A DNA stretch of 64,000 nucleotides from NCBI GenBank assembly GCA_964515335.1, contig CAZETS010000023.1, positions 1,901 through 65,900 of the forward strand, read 5' to 3'. Under the pieces are notes generated by a model, which saw only the letters and a program-made list of their open reading frames with translations, had not been told where the DNA came from and did not search any database. Positions within the stretch are counted from its first letter, which is position 1, and each line of letters begins with the position of its first letter. The DNA is from an uncultured Spirochaetaceae bacterium (GTDB taxonomy: Bacteria; Myxococcota_A; UBA9160; UBA4427). Positions 17,836 through 26,965 of this stretch are shown piece after piece. Both the position numbers and the translations under genes were made by a program.

Positions 17836-19332
17836 TCAGCCGTCGGTGCCGACGGCCCGCGTGCGCACGGTGTAGACCGTGTCGCCCGAGAGCACGCCGC
17901 CGCGGCCGAACAGGCGGCCCCACTGCCAGTTCGACAGGCCCAGCTCGGGCCGGTCGAGGGCGAGCTGCCCGTCGACCCAGCGCGTGTAGCCGTCACCGAC
18001 GAAGGGTGCGTTGACGGTGTCGTAGAAGCGCTGGTGCTCCGCGGTGTCGGCGCTGGCCAGACAGGCCACGAACTGCGGGCTGTAGCGATTGAAGAGCGCG
18101 ACCGCCTGCGCGACGTCGTCGACGATCTTCAAGGTGATCTCGGGAGTCTGCTCCCACTCCCACTCGTGGCCGAGCCGCTCGACGTCGATCCGCTCCGCCT
18201 GTCGTTCGGGGACGTCGCCTTCGGCGCGCCGCACCGCCACCTCGCGCTCGAAGAGCTCGGCGGGCAGGCAGCCGGCGTCCTCGTCGACGACGTGCAGCTT
18301 CCACGCCTGGCCGAGCCGCTCGCCCGCGCGCTCGAGCGAGGAGAGCAGCACGGGCACGAGTTCGTCGGCGCGAGAGCGCACGATGCAGCAGACGTTCAGC
18401 GTGTTGCAGACCTTGCGGTCGAGCGAGCGGCAGACGGCCTCGCCGAAGGCGCCCGCGTCGGCGCTCCCGGCCGCCACCAGCCAGGCGCCGCCGGTGCCGT
18501 GAAGGCTGACGGGCACGCCGGCCTGCTGGGCCAGGGCGCCCAGGGTCGCGACGGCGGGCCCCGAGCCCCGGGCGACGGCGAGCGAGAGCCGCGCGTCGGA
18601 GAACAGCGCCCAACCGGCGGCGTGCGCGCTGCTCTCGACCAGCGAGACGGCGCCGGCGGGCAGGCCCGCCTCCTCGAGGGCGGGCGCCAGCGCCTCGTCG
18701 ATGATCGCCCGGGCCGTACGCAGAGCGTCGCTGCCGATCCGGAAGACCACGCTGTTGCCGCCCCGCAAGACGCCCGTGGCATCCGCCAGCACGTTGGGCC
18801 GGCCCTCGAACACGAAGCCCACCACACCGAGCGCGTCGCCCACCAGCTCGGCCCGCCAGCCGTCGTGCTCGACCGTTTCGAGCACCTGCCCGCGTCGGCT
18901 GGGCGCATCGATCCAGCCGCGCAGCCCGTCGATCATGCCGGCGCGGAGCTTTTCGTTGGCGACGAGTCGCGTGGTCGAGCGGCCGCGCTGCTGCGCGTCC
19001 TCGACATCGCGGTCGTTGACTTCGCGGATGCGCGACCAGACGTCCTCGTCGGCCAGCCGGTCCGCGAAGCCCGCGTAGAAGCGCGAGATGGCCTCGTCGG
19101 GCGCCGCCGCCAGCACGCCGAAAGCCTCCGCGGCCCGCGATACGGCCGCCTCGGCGATCTCGCGCTCGGCCGCGGGCACCAGCAGCACCTGCTCGGTGGC
19201 CTCGACGACCACCACCGAGTCGCCGGGCCGGAAGCGCTCGGCGACGTCGGCCGGCACCGGCAGGACGCGGTTGCCGCCAAAGACGAGGGGCATGCCGGCC
19301 TCGAGCCGGTCGAGTGTGCGGACTTCGCTCAT
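17836..19332 (-). CDS. Glutamate-5-semialdehyde dehydrogenase (ProA)-like aldehyde dehydrogenase with N- and C-terminal extensions
   Basis: 498 aa with ProA-type blocks: ANEKLRAGMIDGLRGW, GVVGFVFEGRPNVLADATGVLRGGNSVVFRIGSDALRTA, AVSLVES, and the Cys region CNTLNVCCIV. No proB is adjacent. Confidence 0.72.
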   Translation of the reverse strand: MSEVRTLDRLEAGMPLVFGGNRVLPVPADVAERFRPGDSVVVVEATEQVLLVPAAEREIAEAAVSRAAEAFGVLAAAPDEAISRFYAGFADRLADEDVWSRIREVNDRDVEDAQQRGRSTTRLVANEKLRAGMIDGLRGWIDAPSRRGQVLETVEHDGWRAELVGDALGVVGFVFEGRPNVLADATGVLRGGNSVVFRIGSDALRTARAIIDEALAPALEEAGLPAGAVSLVESSAHAAGWALFSDARLSLAVARGSGPAVATLGALAQQAGVPVSLHGTGGAWLVAAGSADAGAFGEAVCRSLDRKVCNTLNVCCIVRSRADELVPVLLSSLERAGERLGQAWKLHVVDEDAGCLPAELFEREVAVRRAEGDVPERQAERIDVERLGHEWEWEQTPEITLKIVDDVAQAVALFNRYSPQFVACLASADTAEHQRFYDTVNAPFVGDGYTRWVDGQLALDRPELGLSNWQWGRLFGRGGVLSGDTVYTVRTRAVGTDG

Positions 19333-19372
19333 GCCCAGAGCCTATCTCATGGGCCCCGGGCCGAGCCGCTCT

Positions 19373-20566
19373 TCAGCGCGCGGCCTCGTCGGGCGCCGCG
19401 ACCGCTTGCTGGTCGATCAGCGCCCGCAGCTCGCGGAGCTTCGCCCACGCGTCGGCCGGCAGGTCGCTGCTCGAGGCGCCCCCCCAGCCGATGATCACGT
19501 ACTCCTCGAGCACCGCGTAGGCGTCCTCGGCGAATGGGGCCTCGGGGGCCAGCCGGATCGCCGACTCGAGGTGCACCTCGGCCTGGGGCACCCAGTGGGA
19601 GTCGACCGTGCGCGACTCGACGAGCCCGAGCAGGTAGTAGGCTTCGGCCCGGCGCAGTCCGGTCGTCGACTCCTCGTCGAGCAGCCGCAACAGCAGGCTC
19701 GAGGCGACCAGGTCGTAGACGACCTGGTCGCGCCCGAAGGGCGTCGGGCTCGGCACCTGATGGCCGACCACGAGCTTGCGGGCGCGGCCCAGCTTGTCCG
19801 CACTGGCGAGGTCTCCGCCCGCGGCGTCGAGTGCGCTCACCCAGCCCGAGAGGTGCCGCTCCAGGTACAGCGGGACGTCGGGCCGGGCCGCCACCTTCTC
19901 GAGTGTCGCCCGCACGCGAGCGTGGTTGCCGACGACGCGCAGGCCGATCGTCATGTAGTCGAGCAGGTAGCCGCCCAGGTCGAGCTCGCCGGGCGGAATC
20001 TCGCGGTCCTCGAACATCTCCTCCCAGGTCTCGAGCGCCTCGTCGAACTGGCGGGTGGCCACCAGGATCTGCGTCTTCTCGTGGACCGACAGATCCTCGA
20101 CGTCGATGCGCGCGAGCAGGCGATGGGCCATCGGGAAGCTTCGCGAGCTCGGCAGCCGCGAGTGGCAGGCCACGCAGTTGCCCGTGGCCTCGATCATGAA
20201 GAAGCGCGCCTCCTCGTAGCGGCCATTGCGGTAGCGCTCGCGGACCTCCTCGATGTCGGCCGAGAGCGAGCGGCTCAGGTGCCGGAAGCCGGCGTCTCGG
20301 CTCATGCCGTGCTCTTCGACGACGACGCTGCGGGTCGCCAGCGCGTCGAGCCACCTGCGGATTTCGGTCTGGCTCTGCGGATCGGCCCACTGCTGCTCGG
20401 ACAGCGCCAGGGGGAGGAGCTGGCTCACGGCCTCGAACACGGCCTGCATCTCGCCGCGGGGCCGCGCTTCGGGCTCTTCGTCGGCGGCGCTGGCCGGGCT
20501 GAAGGTGCCGGCGAGCAGCAGCACCGTGATCGTCCAGGTCGAGGCGTGGCCGGAGAATCGCTTCAT
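19373..20566 (-). CDS. Secreted helical protein with a single CxxCH haem-c motif (hypothetical)
   Basis: Met387 of track ORF 19373..21724 (MKRFSGHASTWTITVLLLAGTFSPASA is a signal peptide). The ATG overlaps the upstream gene's TGA (ATGA, 20563-20566). CVACH lies at residues 131-135 (about 20162-20176). The remainder is helix-rich, with no family I can name. Confidence 0.68.
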   Translation of the reverse strand: MKRFSGHASTWTITVLLLAGTFSPASAADEEPEARPRGEMQAVFEAVSQLLPLALSEQQWADPQSQTEIRRWLDALATRSVVVEEHGMSRDAGFRHLSRSLSADIEEVRERYRNGRYEEARFFMIEATGNCVACHSRLPSSRSFPMAHRLLARIDVEDLSVHEKTQILVATRQFDEALETWEEMFEDREIPPGELDLGGYLLDYMTIGLRVVGNHARVRATLEKVAARPDVPLYLERHLSGWVSALDAAGGDLASADKLGRARKLVVGHQVPSPTPFGRDQVVYDLVASSLLLRLLDEESTTGLRRAEAYYLLGLVESRTVDSHWVPQAEVHLESAIRLAPEAPFAEDAYAVLEEYVIIGWGGASSSDLPADAWAKLRELRALIDQQAVAAPDEAAR

Positions 20567-22239
20567 GGCTTGGGCTCCTGATGTTGCTGCGTTGACTGCC
20601 TTGGCTGCGGTTGCAGGCGCGACGTCAGCGCGCCCATCCAGTCGACCTCGTCGGTGCGGACCACGATCGACTCGTCCGCGCCCCACTCGGTGGGGGCCTG
20701 GTAGCGATCGCGCAGCGCACGATAGACCTCCGGACCCGCATCGGATATACGGCTCTCGTCCTGGAGTCGAGCACGCAGGCGCTCGAGCGTCTTGGCCTCG
20801 TCGCAGCGTACATCGAGCAGCCGCGCGGGCACCCGGTGCCGCCGCGCGAAGGCGCGCGCCGCGTCGCGGTGGTCCCGGCGTGCGTATGTGGCGTCGAGCA
20901 CCACCGGCCGGCCCGACGCCAGCGGCGCCTCGGCCCGCTCGAGCAGCGCGGTGTAGACGGACTCGGTCATCTCCGCCTGGTACAGGCCGCCGCCCGGGAC
21001 GTCCGCCGGGTGCGTCCGCGGTGCGACGCCGGCCAGGTGCTTGCGCACGCGGTCCGAGGCGATCACGACGCCGCCGATCGCCTCCGCGGCGGCGGCGGCT
21101 GCCGTGCTCTTGCCCGTGCCCGGAAGCCCCGTCACGACCAGCAGCACCGGCGATCGCGGCCGGTCGAGCCAGCCGCCCATCAGGGCGAGGTGCCGACGCG
21201 CGCTCTGCGCCGCGGCCGTTCGTTGCTCGGATTCGATCTCGGGCTCCTGGGCGGCCAGCGCGGCGACGCTGGCCCGCACGAGGGCCCGGTGGAGGATGTG
21301 GTAGTCGACCACCCCGTAGAGTCCGTAATCGTCCGCCTCGGCGGCGTACCGGTCCAGCAGGCGCTCGCCCAGTTCCGCCCGGCCCCGATAGGCGGCGTCC
21401 ATGGCGAAAAAGGCGAGCTCGGCGGCGGCGTCGACGCAGCGCAAGTCGCGATCGAACTCGAGGCAGTCGATCACCACCGGGTCGGCGTCGTCGTGCTCGT
21501 ACCAGACCGCATCGAGGTGCAGGTCGCCGTGTCCCTCGACGACCCGCCCTTCTTCGCGACGGGCCAGGAAGCGCGCCCGGTCGCGCTCGAGCAGCCCGTG
21601 CATCGCCCGCTCGAGTCGCTCGAGCTCGCCGGGGTCGAGGACGTCGCCGTCGGCGTTGCGGGCCAGTGCGAAGCTCGCCGCGACCGGCCGCTCGACGCGC
21701 TCGATCCAGGCCTCGGGGCTCCAAGGCGCCGGGCGACCGAGGCCTACGCTCGCGTGAAAGCGGGCGATCAGGGCGGCGAGCCGATCGATCTGCGAAGGCA
21801 GGAGCGCGCCGCGCTCGAGCAGGGTCTGGGCGTCGCGGCCCTCCGGCAGCCGGCGCATCACCACGCAGTGCTCGGCGGGACGCGCCTCGCCGGCTGGCGT
21901 CAGGCAGGTCTCGCCGGGCGGGCCGAGCACGAATCCCCCCTCCGGCCCGGGCAGCACCGGGGCGAGGCCGAGGTACACGTCGGGGGCGAGCCTGCGATTC
22001 AGCGCGACCTCGGCGAGGCAGTCGGCGTTGCGCGCCTCGCGCGAGGCGAACGACAGGAACGACAGGTCGACGGCTTTGCGCAGCTTGTAGACGCGGTCGC
22101 GCGTGAGATAGAGGTGCGAGATGTGGGTCTGCCGGTGCTCGATGCCCTGGCCGGCGGCGACATCCTCGGGATGCGCGGCCGGCGAAGCGAGCGCTTCCGC
22201 GAGCCCGTCGGGCAGCGCCTCGATCGCGGTCGGAGCCAC
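20563..22239 (-). CDS. Bifunctional aminoglycoside-phosphotransferase-like kinase / P-loop ATP-binding protein
   Basis: 558 aa, GTG start. The N-terminal APH/kinase-like part is THISHLYLTRDRVYKLRKAV...GHGDLHLDAVWYE...VIDCLEFD. The C-terminal AAA/zeta-like P-loop is VLLVVTGLPGTGKST...VLDATYARRDHR. Confidence 0.8.
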   Translation of the reverse strand: MAPTAIEALPDGLAEALASPAAHPEDVAAGQGIEHRQTHISHLYLTRDRVYKLRKAVDLSFLSFASREARNADCLAEVALNRRLAPDVYLGLAPVLPGPEGGFVLGPPGETCLTPAGEARPAEHCVVMRRLPEGRDAQTLLERGALLPSQIDRLAALIARFHASVGLGRPAPWSPEAWIERVERPVAASFALARNADGDVLDPGELERLERAMHGLLERDRARFLARREEGRVVEGHGDLHLDAVWYEHDDADPVVIDCLEFDRDLRCVDAAAELAFFAMDAAYRGRAELGERLLDRYAAEADDYGLYGVVDYHILHRALVRASVAALAAQEPEIESEQRTAAAQSARRHLALMGGWLDRPRSPVLLVVTGLPGTGKSTAAAAAAEAIGGVVIASDRVRKHLAGVAPRTHPADVPGGGLYQAEMTESVYTALLERAEAPLASGRPVVLDATYARRDHRDAARAFARRHRVPARLLDVRCDEAKTLERLRARLQDESRISDAGPEVYRALRDRYQAPTEWGADESIVVRTDEVDWMGALTSRLQPQPRQSTQQHQEPKP

Positions 22240-22249
22240 GGGACCGATG

Positions 22250-22513
22250 TTAGATCAGCTTGCGCAGCTTCTCGTAGCCGCCCTTGATTTCGCTCACCAG
22301 CAGCTCCGCGGCCTCTCCGATCTGCTCGAGCGGCTCGCGCGCCTGCTCGCGCAGGTGCGCGGCCTCCGCCTCCAGCTTCTGCCAGCGGCGCTCGGCCTCC
22401 TCCCAGAGGTCGCGCACCTCGGCGCGTCCGAGATGGGCCTGCACGTTCAGCTCGTCGCGCACGCGGCGCAGCACGTCCAGCTCGCGATCGATGGCGTTGC
22501 GGTCTTCTGTCAT
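22250..22513 (-). CDS. Small coiled-coil protein (hypothetical, 87 aa)
   Basis: Met37 of track ORF 22250..22621. GGAGAGGAA lies just upstream of the ATG. MTEDRNAIDRELDVLRRVRDELNVQAHLGRAEVRDLWEEAERRWQKLEAEAAHLREQAREPLEQIGEAAELLVSEIKGGYEKLRKLI has a heptad-like charged pattern. Confidence 0.6.
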   Translation of the reverse strand: MTEDRNAIDRELDVLRRVRDELNVQAHLGRAEVRDLWEEAERRWQKLEAEAAHLREQAREPLEQIGEAAELLVSEIKGGYEKLRKLI

Positions 22514-22772
22514 CTGTTCCTCTCCAGTGTTCCCTTGCGGGGGTGTCCCAAGCACCACGCAACGCGACCGGCGGCGGCCTGCAGACACCCGTCCTCGCCG
22601 TGATGCTTTCCGTCCCCGCATTTCATCGATGCGATCGCGCCCGGGTCAAACCCTCCCGGGCTCGTGCCACGATTCGTTGCAGGTGGGAACTGCCGCGGCG
22701 GGGCGGGGTGACGCAGGGGCGCGGGGGCCTATCGTTCTGATGCGCGCCGCGGGGGGCGCTTGGAGGTGGCTC

Positions 22773-23225
22773 ATGAAGATCCAGAGCATCCTGGTCCCGG
22801 TCGACTTCTCGGGTGGGTCGGACGCAGCCGTCGAGTACGCGCTCGTGCTCGCCCGCGAGTCCGAGGCGAAGATCCAGCTGCTCCACAGCTACCCGGTCAG
22901 TCCCGGGGTCGCGACCCCCTACGGGCCGGCCTTGCCGGACGCGGTCTTCGAGTCGATTCGCGGCGGCGCCGAGCGCAAGCTCGCGGACGCGAAGGAGCGT
23001 CTCGAGCGCGAGGGCGTCACGGTCGCCGCCCACCTCACCGCCGAGCCGCCGTCCTTCGCGATCGCGGAGGCCGCCGAGGAGCTCGGTGTCGACTGCATCG
23101 TGATGGGAACGCGGGGATTGTCGGGCCTGAAGCACGTGCTGCTCGGCAGCGTGGCCGAGCGGACGGTCCGGACTGCGCCCTGTCCGGTGTTCACGGTGCC
23201 GCTGCGCGAGCGCCGGGCGGCCTGA
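22773..23225 (+). CDS. Universal stress protein (UspA family)
   Basis: Met164 of track ORF 22284. MKIQSILVPVDFSGGSDAAVEYAL...DCIVMGTRGLSGLKHVLLGSVAERTVRTAPCPVFTV is the canonical Usp ATP-binding motif G-x2-G-x9-G-S. Confidence 0.9.
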   Translation: MKIQSILVPVDFSGGSDAAVEYALVLARESEAKIQLLHSYPVSPGVATPYGPALPDAVFESIRGGAERKLADAKERLEREGVTVAAHLTAEPPSFAIAEAAEELGVDCIVMGTRGLSGLKHVLLGSVAERTVRTAPCPVFTVPLRERRAA

Positions 23226-23366
23226 GCGCACGCCTGTCGATTCTGCTCGAATCCCGGTAGGTTCGGGGGCACCCTTCGAGTGCTGCGTGTCGTCTCGCGC
23301 GGCCACTCGTCGTGGTCGGCGAGGCGGGCGGATCCCGCGCGGCGGGCGGGCGGAAGCGGAGGCGGC

Positions 23367-25064
23367 ATGATGCGGCGTCGAGCCGGTCGACGGTCGATGA
23401 GGACGGCGTGGGCGGGGCTCCTCGCAGCGGGAGCGTTCGTCGCGCCCGCCGCCGCCAGCGAGCGCGCCCGGGGCGTCGTGTTCGAGGACCGCAACGGCGA
23501 CGCGGTGCGTGATGCGGGCGAGCCCGGCCTTGCGGGTGTGCGCGTATCGAACGGCCGCGACGTGGTCGTCACCGGCGCCGGGGGCGCGTGGCAGCTCGAC
23601 GTCGAGGAGGCAGACGTCCTGTTCGTCACCAAGCCGGCGGGCTTCATGACGCCGGTCGGCGCCGACATGCTGCCGCGCTTCTACTACATCCATCAGCCGT
23701 CGGGTTCGCCGTCCGGCATGCGCTACCCGGGCGTCGCGCCGACCGGGCCGCTGCCGGACTCGATCGACTTCGCGCTCCACCGCATCGACGAGCCCGAGCG
23801 TTTCGAGGCCATCCTGATGGCCGACCCCCAGCCGCAGACCGAGGTCGAGCTCGACTGGCTGCGCGACGACGTGATCGCCCCGATGATCGGCACACGCGCG
23901 CGCTTCGGCATGACGATGGGCGACATCCTCTTCGACGACCTCTCGCTCTTTGCGCGCTACAACGCGATCGTCGGGCGGGTCGGCATCCCCTGGTACAACG
24001 TGCCGGGCAATCACGAGCTCAACTTCGACGCCGAGAGCGACGCGACTTCGCTCGAGACCTTCAAGCGCAACTACGGCCCGACCTACTACTCGTTCGAGAT
24101 CGGTCGCGCGGTCTTCTACGTGCTCGACGACATCGAGTACCGGGGCGGAGGCCAGGCGGACCCGGGCGACTACCGGGGCAACGGCGGCTACGAGGTGGCG
24201 TTCGGCAAGCGGCAGCTGCGCTGGCTCGAGCGCGACCTGGCCCACGTGCCGAACGACAAGCTCGTCTTCCTGGCCATGCACGCTCCCCTCGAGTCGTATC
24301 TGTACGGCCCCGAGAGCGCGCCGCGCGATCGCCGCAAGCTCTTTCGGCTGCTCGAAGGGCGTGAGCACCTCTTCTCGGTGGCCGGCCATACCCACACCAC
24401 CGAGCACCACTACTTCGGCCAGGCGGACGGCTTCCCCGGCCCGGGCGAGCTCCACCATCACGTGCTCGCCACGGCCTCGGGCAGCTGGTGGAGCGGGCCG
24501 CTCGACGAACGCGGCATTGCGGTCGCCGAGCAGCGCGACGGCACGCCGAACGGCCACCACGTGCTCGAGGTGGACGGCGTCGACGTAGGCGTCCGCTACC
24601 AGGCGGCCTCGGCCCCCGCCTACTTCCAGATGCGCGTTTCGCTCGACGCCCACGAGCATCACCACCGGCCCGAGACGCTCTGGCAGTTCCGGCCCGGCGA
24701 GCAGCTCGGGCTGCGGCTGTCGGTCGACCGGGTGCCCGCGGCGCGGGTCGTCGTGAACCTGTTCGACGGCGGTCCGCGCTCGGAGGTCACGATGGCCGTG
24801 GACGGCGGGCCGCCGGTCACGCTGGAGCGCGCGAGCCTGCCCGACCCGTTCGTGGGCGAGCTCTTCGCGCGAAACGAAGACACGAAGAAGCCGTGGGTGG
24901 AGGCCGTGCCCTCGTCTCACGTCTTCGTCGCGGAGCTGCCCGATGACCTCGGGCCGGGGACGTACCGGCTCACGCTGCGCGCCCGCGACGAGTTCGAGCG
25001 GGTCCATCACGCGCATCGCATCCTCGAGGTGACGGGAAGCAGCGCGCCGGCGGCGGGCCCCTAG
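23367..25064 (+). CDS. Secreted calcineurin-like metallophosphoesterase
   Basis: The start is taken at Met30 (MMRRRAGRRSMRTAWAGLLAAGAFVAPAAA, a Tat-like RR signal). Metallophosphoesterase motifs: ILMADPQ, GDILFDD, VPGNHELNF, AMHAPL, VAGHTHTTEHH. Confidence 0.85.
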   Translation: MMRRRAGRRSMRTAWAGLLAAGAFVAPAAASERARGVVFEDRNGDAVRDAGEPGLAGVRVSNGRDVVVTGAGGAWQLDVEEADVLFVTKPAGFMTPVGADMLPRFYYIHQPSGSPSGMRYPGVAPTGPLPDSIDFALHRIDEPERFEAILMADPQPQTEVELDWLRDDVIAPMIGTRARFGMTMGDILFDDLSLFARYNAIVGRVGIPWYNVPGNHELNFDAESDATSLETFKRNYGPTYYSFEIGRAVFYVLDDIEYRGGGQADPGDYRGNGGYEVAFGKRQLRWLERDLAHVPNDKLVFLAMHAPLESYLYGPESAPRDRRKLFRLLEGREHLFSVAGHTHTTEHHYFGQADGFPGPGELHHHVLATASGSWWSGPLDERGIAVAEQRDGTPNGHHVLEVDGVDVGVRYQAASAPAYFQMRVSLDAHEHHHRPETLWQFRPGEQLGLRLSVDRVPAARVVVNLFDGGPRSEVTMAVDGGPPVTLERASLPDPFVGELFARNEDTKKPWVEAVPSSHVFVAELPDDLGPGTYRLTLRARDEFERVHHAHRILEVTGSSAPAAGP

Positions 25065-25106
25065 CCGGCCCTGGCCCGGCCTCGAGCGAGGCCCGATACT
25101 CGACGC

Positions 25107-26069
25107 ATGGGTGGACAGCTCTACGTGAGCGAGGCCGTCGAGGCGGCCTGCGGCCCGCAGCTCGACCGGGTAGGGCCGGGCATGCCGCGGTTCGTGGCCC
25201 GGGCGGGCGGTCCCGATCCCGACTTCGCTTCGATCGAGGCGCTCTACTTCTCGGGAGACGTCTTCCCGCACCGCTCGCGCGAGTTCGCGGTCGTCGCCCT
25301 CAAGGCCGAGAACCTGCGCTGGCTGCACACCTTCAGCGCGGGCGTCGACGATCGCTTCTTCCGGATGCTGCTCGAGCGCGGCGTGAAGCTCTCGACATCG
25401 TCGGGCGTCCACGCCGTGCCCATCGCGCAGACGGTCGCGCTCTACCTGCTGGCGTTGACGCGCGACCTGCCGGGCTGGCTCTCCGATCAGGCCGCTCACC
25501 GCTGGAATCCCCGCGACGTGCGCGATCTTCAGGGGCTGCGCCTCGGCGTGCTCGGGATGGGGCCGATCGGCGTCGAGACGGCGAAGCTCGGGCAGGCGCT
25601 CGGTATGCGGGTGACCGGCGTGCGCCGCGCACCGCAGGGCGACGAGCCCTGCGAGACGCTGCCCCTCGCCGACCTCGACGAGCTGTTGCCGCGGCTCGAC
25701 GCCGTGGTGGTCGCGCTGCCGCTCGCCGAAGCGACCCGGGGCCTGATCGACGCCCGGCGGCTCTCGCTCATGAAGCCCGGGGCGTTGTTCGTGAACGTCG
25801 GTCGGGGGCCGATCGTCGACGAGCCGGCCCTCGTCGAGGCGCTACGCTCGGGGCATCTCGGGGGCGCCGGGCTCGACGTCTTCGCCGAGGAGCCGCTGCC
25901 CGGATCGAGCCCGCTCTGGGAGCTGCCGAACGTGATCATCACCCCCCACAGCTCGGGCGACACCCCCGCCAATCACGACCGCGCCAACGAGATCTTCGTC
26001 GAGAACCTCGGGCGCTTCTCGAAGGGTGAACGGCTTCGCAACGAGGTCGAGGCAGCGGGGGCGACATGA
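25107..26069 (+). CDS. D-isomer-specific 2-hydroxyacid dehydrogenase (NAD-binding)
   Basis: 320 aa. Rossmann motif GVLGMGPIGVETAKLGQALGMRV. Catalytic region FVNVGRGPIVDEPALVEALRSGHLGGAGLDVFAEEPLP...ITPHSSG. Confidence 0.9.
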   Translation: MGGQLYVSEAVEAACGPQLDRVGPGMPRFVARAGGPDPDFASIEALYFSGDVFPHRSREFAVVALKAENLRWLHTFSAGVDDRFFRMLLERGVKLSTSSGVHAVPIAQTVALYLLALTRDLPGWLSDQAAHRWNPRDVRDLQGLRLGVLGMGPIGVETAKLGQALGMRVTGVRRAPQGDEPCETLPLADLDELLPRLDAVVVALPLAEATRGLIDARRLSLMKPGALFVNVGRGPIVDEPALVEALRSGHLGGAGLDVFAEEPLPGSSPLWELPNVIITPHSSGDTPANHDRANEIFVENLGRFSKGERLRNEVEAAGAT

Positions 26070-26896
26070 GCGCCGCTCCGGTGATCGATCCCCGCAACCG
26101 GGACTTCGTCTGGGTCGACCGTTCGGGTCCCTCGAGGCTGCTCACTCCGCAGCAGGTGCGCGCCTTCGACGAGCAGGGCTTCGTGGTGATCGAGGACGCG
26201 TTCGACGCCGACACGGTGGCCGGACTGGTGGCGGATCTCGACGAGGCGGAGCGGGCCACGGACGCGTTCCTGCGCACTCGCCCGGACGGCCGCCTCTTCA
26301 TCGCCCGGGCCGACGAGATCACCTTCTCTCCCCACCTCGTCAATCGCTCGGAGCGCGCGCGGGCCTTCACGCGCGGGAAGTTCTTCCAGGACCTCGTCCA
26401 CGACCTGATCGGCCCGAACGTGCGGCTCTACTGGGATCAGGCCGTCTACAAGAAGCCGGGCACCGAGGTGCCGTTTCCGTGGCATCAGGACAACGGCTAC
26501 ACGTTCGTCGAGCCGCAGCAGTACGTCACCTGCTGGGTGGCCCTGACGGATGCGGCGGTCGAGACGGGTTGTCCGTGGATCGTGCCGGGCTTGCATCGGG
26601 GCGGCACGCTCCGCCACGAGATGACCGATCTCGGCTGGGAGTGCTTCGCCGAGCCGCCGGCCCCGCCCGTGGCGGCGCCGGTCCGGGCGGGCGGTGTGGT
26701 GGTGTTCTCGTCGCTCTCGCCCCACAAGACCGGGCCGAACCGCAGCGCCGACCACGTTCGCAAGGCCTACATCGTGCAGTTCGCACCCGACGGCGCCCAG
26801 GTGTTGGAGTCGGTCGAAGGTCGCACCGTGCGCACGAGTTGCGACGCCGCCGATCGCCAGTACCCGGTGCTGATCGATGGGAAGGCGCCTGCTTGA
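26066..26896 (+). CDS. Phytanoyl-CoA dioxygenase (PhyH) family Fe(II)/2-oxoglutarate oxygenase
   Basis: 276 aa. ATGA overlap with the upstream gene (26066-26069). FPWHQDNGYTFVEPQQYVTCWVALTDA (HxD facial triad), then later SLSPHKTGPNRS. Confidence 0.87.
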   Translation: MSAAPVIDPRNRDFVWVDRSGPSRLLTPQQVRAFDEQGFVVIEDAFDADTVAGLVADLDEAERATDAFLRTRPDGRLFIARADEITFSPHLVNRSERARAFTRGKFFQDLVHDLIGPNVRLYWDQAVYKKPGTEVPFPWHQDNGYTFVEPQQYVTCWVALTDAAVETGCPWIVPGLHRGGTLRHEMTDLGWECFAEPPAPPVAAPVRAGGVVVFSSLSPHKTGPNRSADHVRKAYIVQFAPDGAQVLESVEGRTVRTSCDAADRQYPVLIDGKAPA

Positions 26897-26965
26897 CGCG
26901 ACGGCGGGGTGGCCGCTCAGCGGACCCGGTCGACGTCGATGGGTGACGACAGGGCGCGCTCCTGG

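Noticed and set aside
20567-21724. Upstream 386 codons of track ORF 19373..21724.
   Set aside because: Arg-rich nonsense (RRRRRPRPRR...) that overlaps, out of frame, the well-supported kinase/P-loop gene 20563-22239. The credible product starts at the signal peptide MKRFSG (20566).
22623-25499. 958-aa antisense ORF across the uspA, metallophosphoesterase and 2-hydroxyacid dehydrogenase genes.
   Set aside because: No motifs and biased composition. The + strand genes carry canonical Usp, GNHE/GHTH and Rossmann motifs.
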